From Candidatus Dadabacteria bacterium (GTDB lineage Bacteria > Desulfobacterota_D > UBA1144 > Nemesobacterales > Nemesobacteraceae): DNA of 64,000 bases. Shown one piece after another: positions 28,318-35,895 of this stretch. The stretch covers positions 155,641 to 219,640 of the forward strand of contig JAJDTG010000010.1 of assembly GCA_022827275.1 (NCBI GenBank). The letters are read 5' to 3'. The position numbers and the translations under genes were made by a program. Under the pieces are notes generated by a model, which had not been told where the DNA came from, made no database searches, and saw only the letters and a list, made by a program, of their open reading frames with translations. Positions within the stretch are counted from its first letter, which is position 1; each line of letters opens with the position of its first letter.

Positions 28318-29573
28318 TCCTTTGCCGGCACCGACAAAAATTCTTCAATCGGGATTCCGCCTTCGCCGACCAGTTCGCAGCGCAGAGGGTTGAACCGTTT
28401 CTCAAACTCTTCCAGTCCACTCATGTTTACTTGCTTTAGACTGCTTTTGACTTCAAAAGCAACAATCTTGGAACCCCGTTCCAGAACGAAATCCACCTCG
28501 TAATTCTTATCCCTCCAGTAATAGAGATGGACATTATCCCGTATTCCTGTGTTGAACAGATGGGCGCCTACTGTGCTTTCGACAAGACGTCCCCAAAAAC
28601 TGCGGTCCGCTTTTGCCTCTTCAAAGGTGTATCCTGAAGAGGCTGACATAAGCGCGGTGTTAAGAACGTTAAGCTTAGGACTTGACGCCTTGCTGCGGGA
28701 AACGCCGCCCGCATACTTCTGAAGACCGGAAATAAGTCCTGCATTTGAGAGTAAGTCCAGATAGTGGGCCAAAGTTGTCGTGTTGCCGGCGTCTTTGAGC
28801 TGGCCGAGCATTTTATTGTATGAAAGTATCTGGCCTGAATACGCCGCGCCTAGTTCAAAAAGTCTTTTTAATAAAGCGGGTTTGTCCACGCGTCGCATCG
28901 CAAGGATATCGCGCTCGATGTTGGGTTCAACCAGAGCGCCGGTAATATACCGTTGCCAGTCTTCCTGCTTTTGAATTAACGGAGCTCCGCCTGGATAACC
29001 TCCAAAATAGATGTAGCTCTGCAGATCAAAATCAAACGCCGAGGACATCTCCGCAAATGACCAGTGAGCGAGATGTATAGGGAAAAAGCGTCCGGCCAGA
29101 CTTTCGCTTAACCCCGTCTGCATAATCAGGGGAGCGGAACCGAGCAAAACGACATGAAGGGGACAGTCATTCCATTTGTCCTCGTCCCACAAACCCTTAA
29201 CGGTTTCCGACCAGTTGGGGATTTTCTGGATTTCGTCAAACACAAGAATAAACCCGCGTTCCGAACGCCTAGCCTCTCTTCTGGCTTGTTCCCACCTGCG
29301 TACGAGCCACCTTGAATCCTTTTCCACGCTTATTGAGATGCTGGTTTCATCCGGTGTGGTAATTGAATCTTGTTCTGTATCTGGCAACGGATAGAAGGCG
29401 GTTGATTCGGGTTTGTCTACGGGCAGATATAGACTGCGCAGGTCGCATTGATACAGCGCTTGGCGAATAAGAGTGGTTTTGCCTGACTGACGGGGGCCGG
29501 TAATAATTGTAAGGAGTTTGGGTGCCTCGTTCAGGCGTTCGACGAGATCTGATATTATAGGTCGTTCGTACAT
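28299..29573 (-). CDS. AAA_14 / DUF4143-type ATP-binding protein (P-loop ATPase with a C-terminal restriction-endonuclease-like DUF4143 domain)
   Basis: 424 aa. The Walker A motif reads IITGPRQSGKTTLI, Walker B is ILVFDEIQKIP, and the C-terminus reads YEVDFVLERGSKIVAFEVKSS. This is the widespread AAA_14+DUF4143 architecture. The gene is low in GC. Confidence 0.6.
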   Translation of the reverse strand: MYERPIISDLVERLNEAPKLLTIITGPRQSGKTTLIRQALYQCDLRSLYLPVDKPESTAFYPLPDTEQDSITTPDETSISISVEKDSRWLVRRWEQARREARRSERGFILVFDEIQKIPNWSETVKGLWDEDKWNDCPLHVVLLGSAPLIMQTGLSESLAGRFFPIHLAHWSFAEMSSAFDFDLQSYIYFGGYPGGAPLIQKQEDWQRYITGALVEPNIERDILAMRRVDKPALLKRLFELGAAYSGQILSYNKMLGQLKDAGNTTTLAHYLDLLSNAGLISGLQKYAGGVSRSKASSPKLNVLNTALMSASSGYTFEEAKADRSFWGRLVESTVGAHLFNTGIRDNVHLYYWRDKNYEVDFVLERGSKIVAFEVKSSLKQVNMSGLEEFEKRFNPLRCELVGEGGIPIEEFLSVPAKDWFEKS

Positions 29574-29586
29574 TTCCGTGGATTGA

Positions 29587-29622
29587 ATTACTCTATTGAG
29601 AACTTTTACTCAATAGAGTAAT
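29587..29622. promoter_or_regulatory. Perfect 14-bp inverted repeat (ATTACTCTATTGAG-N8-CTCAATAGAGTAAT), 14-49 nt upstream of the ATPase gene start; candidate operator or 5'UTR structure
   Basis: Read directly from the sequence. The arms lie at 29587-29600 and 29609-29622. Confidence 0.4.
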
Positions 29623-29921
29623 TCATGTATGAGTAAAGTCAAATCACAAACTACGTTCCCGTAAATTTCTCGATAATTAGCACGGTCGAAGCAGCAGCTC
29701 GTGTTTATAAGAAAAGCAGCTTCTTATCCTAACCAGCGTCCGGTTTTCTCACCTGTCCGCACATCTGACTTGAGCAGGACCATTTGACGAATTTAATTTA
29801 ATTCTTGAGTATCTTTATCTGAGACTGGTTAGGCAGTTCAATCTCGAAATGCCCCAGGCGCACGAAGTCGTAAAAGCGCTACTTTAAGGACATAAAAATC
29901 TGAACATGCGAGGTAGAAGAT

Positions 29922-31826
29922 ATGTTCCACCGGCGAGATTCACAAGGTTATATCGGTACCGACAATCCTTCATATCGTGAACTTGGAGGGGGTTGTACTG
30001 CTTACTCACAAAGGCGATGGCAGAAGTCATGTGGCCGGGTCGGAGTTTTTCTCGTTGCCCTTGCCGTTTTCGCGACACTGACTTTGCTTGCCTGCTTGGA
30101 CGACAGCGACCGCCCGAGCAGCATTGCCGATCAGCTCAGAAGCAATGCCGAGGCGTTTGAGTACACGGCTGGGAAGACTGGCGGGACACTGACGATTGCG
30201 ACCATTTCAGAGCCGCTTACCCTGAACCTGGCTCTTGCGGACGATTCCGGATCGACAGGAGTTCTGGGGTATCTCTTCGAGGGTCTGACCGAGGTCTCCT
30301 GGCTCACTGACGAAGTCGAACCGTCGCTTGCCGAGTCCTGGACCCATTCGGATGACGGTCTGACCTGGACTTTCTCACTGCGCAAGGACGTGACGTGGCA
30401 CGACGGAACACCTTTTACGGCGCGTGACGTGGAATTCACCTTCAACCGCATCATCTACAACGAGGAAATAAACTCCAGCAGCCGGGCAACATTCAACTTC
30501 CGGTTTCTTGACGAAGCTACCGGAACTTGGACGGAAGCCGAGATGACCGTTACGGCGCTTGACGACTATACGATACAGTGCGTTTTACCGGTGTCGTTTG
30601 CACCGTTTTTGCGCTCCATGGGTACCGCTATCTATCCCAAGCATATTCTGGAGCCGTACGTGGACGATGGCACTTTCAACGAAGTATGGGACATTGACAC
30701 TGACCCGGCCGAAATCATCGGCACCGGTCCCTTTACCATTGAGCGCTATGTCCCCAAAGAACGCGTGGTCCTGAGCCGCAACCCGAACTACTGGCTAAAG
30801 GATGATGCGGGCAGCAGTCTGCCGTACTTGGACAAAGTCGTTCACTTTATCGTCCCGGACCTCAAGACTGAACTTGCCAGGTTCAAGGAAGGAGACTCAG
30901 ACATTCATGGCGTGCTGGGCAGGGAGTTTGCGGAACTCGAACCGCTGCAGGCGGAGGGGAATTTCACGATCTACAGGAGAGGTCCGGCCTTAGGATCGAC
31001 ATTTTTGACCTTTAACCTGAATCTTGGCGAAAACCCGGATACAATGGAGCCGTATGTAGCGGCTGACAAGCTTAAGTGGTTCCGGAATACTCAGTTCCGT
31101 CGGGCTGTCGCGCACATCGTTGATAAAGAGGCGATCATACGCGACGTACATCACGGTCTCGGCTACCCGCAGTGGTCCTCCATCAGTCCGTCCGCGGGTG
31201 ACTTCCACAATCCCGACGTGCGGCGGTACGAATACGACATCGCCGAAGCCAACCGCATCCTAGATAGCCTCGGCTGGGTTGATACCGACGGGGACGGGAT
31301 TCGCGAAGACGATTCGGGCAATACGATTGAGTTCTCAATGGTAACCAATACCCAAAACAGCGTACGTGAAAGGGTTGGGATGATCGTCCAGCAGGGCCTC
31401 GAGGAGATCGGCGTCAAGGCGGATTTCAGGCTGGTCGCGTTCAGCGAACTCGTCTCCCAGTTGACACGTTCCTATGACTGGGAAGCCATGGTCATGGGTT
31501 TCGGAGGCGGAACGGATCCGCATGGCGGAATTGTTCTCTGGCACAGCAGTGAGAACTTGCACCTTTGGTATCCGAATCAGCCGCAGCCGACTACGGACTG
31601 GGAAGCCGAAATAGACCGCCTTTACGTGAGGGCGAGCCAGGAACTGGATCGCGATGAACGCGTAGCCCTCTACCACCGCGCCCAGGAGGTCGCTTCCGAG
31701 AACATGCCGCTCATCTACACGACACGTGGGGAGCGGATGAGTGCGGTCCGAAACGTCTTCGGCAACACGACGCCCACGCTTTACGGGCTTTGGGATATTC
31801 GCTACCTTTATCGAACCGATCTATAG
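29922..31826 (+). CDS. ABC transporter substrate-binding protein, family 5 (oligopeptide/nickel type), probable lipoprotein
   Basis: The SBP_bac_5-like core reads LTIATISEPLTLNLALADDSGS...LFEGLTE...WTFSLRKDVTWHDGTPFTARDVEFTFNRI. A lipobox-like LTLLAC lies at about aa 55, after an Arg-rich leader. The start is uncertain. Confidence 0.7.
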   Translation: MFHRRDSQGYIGTDNPSYRELGGGCTAYSQRRWQKSCGRVGVFLVALAVFATLTLLACLDDSDRPSSIADQLRSNAEAFEYTAGKTGGTLTIATISEPLTLNLALADDSGSTGVLGYLFEGLTEVSWLTDEVEPSLAESWTHSDDGLTWTFSLRKDVTWHDGTPFTARDVEFTFNRIIYNEEINSSSRATFNFRFLDEATGTWTEAEMTVTALDDYTIQCVLPVSFAPFLRSMGTAIYPKHILEPYVDDGTFNEVWDIDTDPAEIIGTGPFTIERYVPKERVVLSRNPNYWLKDDAGSSLPYLDKVVHFIVPDLKTELARFKEGDSDIHGVLGREFAELEPLQAEGNFTIYRRGPALGSTFLTFNLNLGENPDTMEPYVAADKLKWFRNTQFRRAVAHIVDKEAIIRDVHHGLGYPQWSSISPSAGDFHNPDVRRYEYDIAEANRILDSLGWVDTDGDGIREDDSGNTIEFSMVTNTQNSVRERVGMIVQQGLEEIGVKADFRLVAFSELVSQLTRSYDWEAMVMGFGGGTDPHGGIVLWHSSENLHLWYPNQPQPTTDWEAEIDRLYVRASQELDRDERVALYHRAQEVASENMPLIYTTRGERMSAVRNVFGNTTPTLYGLWDIRYLYRTDL

Positions 31827-32048
31827 CAGCGATCCCGAGTGTCGGAACAACGATGATTCCGGGCGCACGCAGTGCGGGTGGAAATCGGGTTTTTCTCTGG
31901 AGGATGACTATCTGCAAGGGGGTTTTGCGGTTCTTGACAGCAACTCCCTAGTATTTATAATGATACCCCTAGCAAGGAGTGAGCTTTTCCGCTCCTTTTT
32001 TTAGATTTTCATCTCTATTAAATCAGTCCAGCATGGAGGTAGTATCAG

Positions 32049-32891
32049 GTGAAGATAGTGGTTTTTATAACACAGACGCAGGACACCGAAGCAAGGATAA
32101 AGGTCGGTTCCTCCGGCGATTCCATAGACACAGAAGGCATGAAATGGATCATGAATCCTTATGATGAATTCGCCGTTGAGGAAGCCATCAGGACCAAGGA
32201 AGCATACGGGGGCGAAGTTGTTCTGATCACAGCGGGCCCGCAGCGTACCTCACAGGCGTTGCTTCAGGGACTTGCGATGGGCGCCGATTCCGCGGTGCAT
32301 GTCTCAGATGAAGCTCTCGGAGAGACCGTGGATTCCCTTGTCATTTCGAAACTAGTTGCGTCGGAACTTGGGAATATTGAGGGGGTGGACCTGATTTTCA
32401 CGGGTATGAAGATTATTGACGAGGAATCCGTGCAGGTAGGCATACAGATAGCCGAGGAACTTGGAATTGCCCATCTTGCGCTAGTAAGCAAGGTGATTGA
32501 CGTAAAGCCGGACGAGAAAAAGCTTGTCTGCCAGAAAGAGATTGACGGCGGGAGCGTTTCCGTCGAGGTCTCTCTCCCGGCCCTTATAACCTGTCCCGAT
32601 GCTATGAACGAGCCCCGCTACGCATCCGTTCCCAATATAATGAAAGCGAAGAGAAAACCGATGAAAGTAGTCTCCCTGGATGATGTGGACTTCGGTTCTC
32701 TCGGTATCAGCAGGGATACCGTGGGCAAATCCGGGGCGAAAATAAAAACAGTGAGTCTTGAGGTTCCCGAAGTGGAGAGAAAGCTGAGAATTATAAAGGG
32801 GAGCGACGAGACTACGGTCAAGGGAGACGAGATTGCCGAGTCCGCAAAGGAACTCGTTAAGCTTTTAAGAGATGACGCGAAGGTCATATGA
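32049..32891 (+). CDS. etfB: Electron transfer flavoprotein beta subunit
   Basis: MKIVVFITQTQDTEARIKV...MNPYDEFAVEEAIRTKEAYGGEVVLITAGP is the EtfB signature. Confidence 0.85.
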   Translation: MKIVVFITQTQDTEARIKVGSSGDSIDTEGMKWIMNPYDEFAVEEAIRTKEAYGGEVVLITAGPQRTSQALLQGLAMGADSAVHVSDEALGETVDSLVISKLVASELGNIEGVDLIFTGMKIIDEESVQVGIQIAEELGIAHLALVSKVIDVKPDEKKLVCQKEIDGGSVSVEVSLPALITCPDAMNEPRYASVPNIMKAKRKPMKVVSLDDVDFGSLGISRDTVGKSGAKIKTVSLEVPEVERKLRIIKGSDETTVKGDEIAESAKELVKLLRDDAKVI

Positions 32892-32946
32892 TCCGGGATA
32901 TCCGGGATTGCTTTATCAGAAAGTATCGCTAGGAGGCTTGAATTAA

Positions 32947-33930
32947 ATGAGTAGTGAAATCTGGGTTGTTGCTGATATAAAGGCTGACGGACAGATAAGA
33001 AAGGTGACGTTTGAGGTTCTTTCCGAGGCCAGAAGAAAACTTGGAGGTTCTGTATGCGCAGTGCTGCTCGGAAGCGGCGTTTCGGACAGGGCTTCTGAGC
33101 TTGCGAGCTACGGAGCGGAGAAAATCTACGTGGTCGACAATCCCAACCTCAAGGATTTTAATCCCGACGGTTACGTGAAAGCCCTTTGCGAACTCATACG
33201 GAAGCACTCTCCCGCGGTTGTGCTCTCAGGAAACACGGCTTTCGCCGAGGATTACATGCCCAGAGTTGCATCCGGCGTGGGTTCGGGGCTTGCCATGGAC
33301 TGCGTGGACATAGGCATGACCGACGACGGAAGGCTTAGGATAAAAAGGTATTCACACTCAAGCAGGGCGATATCCACCCAGGAATTTAACGGCGACGGAA
33401 GCGCGATGATCGCCACCGTAAGACCCAATTCCTTCAAGGAGGAAGAGTCAGCCGGTGCGGGGCAGGTAGTGAACGAGGATGCCGGGATTACGGATGCCGA
33501 CATGAAGATCAAGGTCATCGAAATAAAAACCAAGGAATCCGACAGACCCGAGCTTACCGAGGCCGAGAGGGTGGTTTCCGGCGGCAGGGGACTTGGGAGC
33601 GAGGAGAGTTTCAATCACATATACGATCTTGCGGATCTGCTTGGCGCGGCCGCGGGGGCGACAAGAGCCGCGGTCGACGCGGGATACTGTCCATATGACA
33701 TGCAGGTCGGCCAGACTGGAAAGGCGGTGTCTCCCATACTTTACGTCGCAGTCGCCATATCCGGTTCGGTACAGCATTTCTCCGGCATGGGTTCATCCAA
33801 GGTCATAGTTTCCATAAACAAGGATCCTGAAGCCCCGATTTTCGCGAAATCCGATTATGGAATCTGCGGAGACCTTTTTCAGGTTCTTCCCCCGCTTACT
33901 GAGGAACTCAAAAAAGCCTTGTCCGAGTAA
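32947..33930 (+). CDS. etfA: Electron transfer flavoprotein alpha subunit
   Basis: The C-terminal FAD-binding region reads VVSGGRGLGSEESF...LGAAAGATRAAVDAGY...GQTGKAVSPILYVAVAISGSVQH. Confidence 0.85.
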   Translation: MSSEIWVVADIKADGQIRKVTFEVLSEARRKLGGSVCAVLLGSGVSDRASELASYGAEKIYVVDNPNLKDFNPDGYVKALCELIRKHSPAVVLSGNTAFAEDYMPRVASGVGSGLAMDCVDIGMTDDGRLRIKRYSHSSRAISTQEFNGDGSAMIATVRPNSFKEEESAGAGQVVNEDAGITDADMKIKVIEIKTKESDRPELTEAERVVSGGRGLGSEESFNHIYDLADLLGAAAGATRAAVDAGYCPYDMQVGQTGKAVSPILYVAVAISGSVQHFSGMGSSKVIVSINKDPEAPIFAKSDYGICGDLFQVLPPLTEELKKALSE

Positions 33931-33939
33931 CAAGACCCG

Positions 33940-34752
33940 TCACACTATATCGACGACTTCCGTTTTTTCCATGGCTCTGCCGAGGAACCTGGACGCGATC
34001 GAGGTGAAGGTTTCCGAATCGTCGGTTAGATAAAACGACATCTCCCGCGCTTTGCCGTCTTCTCTTAGCAGTCCCTGGGACCTTAGTATGTTCTCGGTCT
34101 GCTTGGCGGTTTCTTCAGCTGAGTCGACGAGATTTATCCCTTCTCCCATGACCCCGGCGATTGTGTCTTTAAGAATAGGGTAGTGTGTGCAGCCTAGTAT
34201 CAGCACGTCTATTCCGGATTTCCTGAGATCTCCAAGATATTTCTCTGCTATAAGGACGGCGGTTTCATCATTTTCCCATCCTTCTTCTGCAAGCGGAACG
34301 AAAAGCGGGCAGGGTTTTGAGTGTATCTCGATTGGAGAGGAGCAGATTTCCCGCAGTTTTTTTTCGTAAGAGCCGCTTTTTATGGTCGCCTGGGTGCCTA
34401 TTACCCCTATTTTCCCGTTGACGGTAAGTTCCGAGGCTTTTTTTGCTCCCGGTTCCACTACTCCCACAACGGGAATTTCGAGATTCTCTTTCAGCATCTC
34501 TATCGCGTAGGCAGACGCAGTGTTACACGCCACGACCAGGAGCTTTATGTCCTTTGATAGAAGGAAATTAGTGGTGCTCTCAACGTATTTTCTTACGGTC
34601 CTTTGGGATTTCGTTCCGTAAGGGACTCTGGCCGTATCGCCGAGATATACGATATTCTCCCCGCAAAGAAGATTCATTATCTCCTTTGAGACCGTAAGTC
34701 CTCCTATTCCCGAGTCAAAAATTCCTATTGCCCGGTTTCTTTTTTCTTCCAT
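33940..34752 (-). CDS. murI: Glutamate racemase
   Basis: IGIFDSGIGGLTV...VVACNTASA...ILGCTHYP are MurI active-site motifs. Confidence 0.9.
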   Translation of the reverse strand: MEEKRNRAIGIFDSGIGGLTVSKEIMNLLCGENIVYLGDTARVPYGTKSQRTVRKYVESTTNFLLSKDIKLLVVACNTASAYAIEMLKENLEIPVVGVVEPGAKKASELTVNGKIGVIGTQATIKSGSYEKKLREICSSPIEIHSKPCPLFVPLAEEGWENDETAVLIAEKYLGDLRKSGIDVLILGCTHYPILKDTIAGVMGEGINLVDSAEETAKQTENILRSQGLLREDGKAREMSFYLTDDSETFTSIASRFLGRAMEKTEVVDIV

Positions 34753-34826
34753 AATTCTGCCGTCGTGTCTGTGTGCTTGCTCCGGGGATGGGGAAAACAG
34801 ATATTAAAGTCCGCCGGAGGAGGCGA

Positions 34827-35849
34827 CTAACTCTCTTTTTTTGATCTTGAGCTTACCTTTTTGTATTCGTTCAGGTAGTCATCGGCAAGATTCTTGGCTC
34901 TCTGCACCCTCGCTCTTCTTATTTCCTTTCTTTTTTCCGCTTCTTTCCAGAGGCGGATTTCGTAGGGAGTCTCGGGGGTGAACTCGGGGACCGGAACGGG
35001 GTTTCCGGTTTCGTCAACTTTCACGTAGGTAAGAAATGCCGTGCACGCGTGGGATGACTCTCCGGTCTGGGTATCATAGGAATCAACCTTGATTGCCAGT
35101 TCAAGCGACCTTGTTCCCACGTGGGTAATACCCGCCTTGAATTCAATCAGATTCCCGACATTAAGCGGCGAATAGAAAAAAAGGTCGTCAAGGGATCCCG
35201 TAACCAGAACACCCTTGGAAAACCTTTTCGCCAGAATGGCGGCGCTCTCGTCAATGTACTTCATGAGCTTTCCTACGGACATGAATTTCCCGTAGAAGGC
35301 GTCTTCCGGGAGCACCATCTTAGTGGTATTGAAAATAAGCCTCGAGTTTTCCGTTTCATCCGCCACGTTGGAGACGTTCCTTTTCCGTTTTTTTATCTCC
35401 GGAAGTCTCCGCGCCTTTCTTTCCTCGGCCGAGGCTATGAGCTCGCGTTCGACCGTGCTGGATGCGCTTAGTTTCGCTTCTATTCTTCTCGGTTTTACGT
35501 TTTTGTCCACGGCGACGAAGGCCATGTAGGATAGGGTTATAAGCTTCTTTCCCTCGGTTTCCCCGTCTTCTGAGTGCACGCGTACCGCAACTTCAATGGA
35601 CGAGTTTCCCGCATACTCAACCCAGCTCTCAAGAACCACTATCTCCCCGATTTTTACGGGGTTAAGAAAATCTATGCTGTCCGTGGCTCCCAGGACCGCG
35701 GGTCCATTTGCGAACTTAAAAGACGTGATACTGCCTGTAAGCATAATCCAGTCCATGAGTATTCCGCCGTGCAGGGTCCCGTGGTTGTTCGAGTGTTCGG
35801 GAAGCACGTACTGGACCATCTTGTTAGCAGTTTCGCGTATGGAGATCAT
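34827..35849 (-). CDS. Acyl-CoA thioesterase with tandem hotdog (4HBT) domains
   Basis: Two repeats of the acyl-CoA hydrolase motif are present (VLPEHSNNHGTLHGGILMDWI in the N-terminal half and a second hotdog domain in the C-terminal half). Confidence 0.65.
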   Translation of the reverse strand: MISIRETANKMVQYVLPEHSNNHGTLHGGILMDWIMLTGSITSFKFANGPAVLGATDSIDFLNPVKIGEIVVLESWVEYAGNSSIEVAVRVHSEDGETEGKKLITLSYMAFVAVDKNVKPRRIEAKLSASSTVERELIASAEERKARRLPEIKKRKRNVSNVADETENSRLIFNTTKMVLPEDAFYGKFMSVGKLMKYIDESAAILAKRFSKGVLVTGSLDDLFFYSPLNVGNLIEFKAGITHVGTRSLELAIKVDSYDTQTGESSHACTAFLTYVKVDETGNPVPVPEFTPETPYEIRLWKEAEKRKEIRRARVQRAKNLADDYLNEYKKVSSRSKKES

Positions 35850-35895
35850 GGGTTTTCTGGCCGCGCGCCGCCGCGGCTTACGCTCCGGGAGAAAT

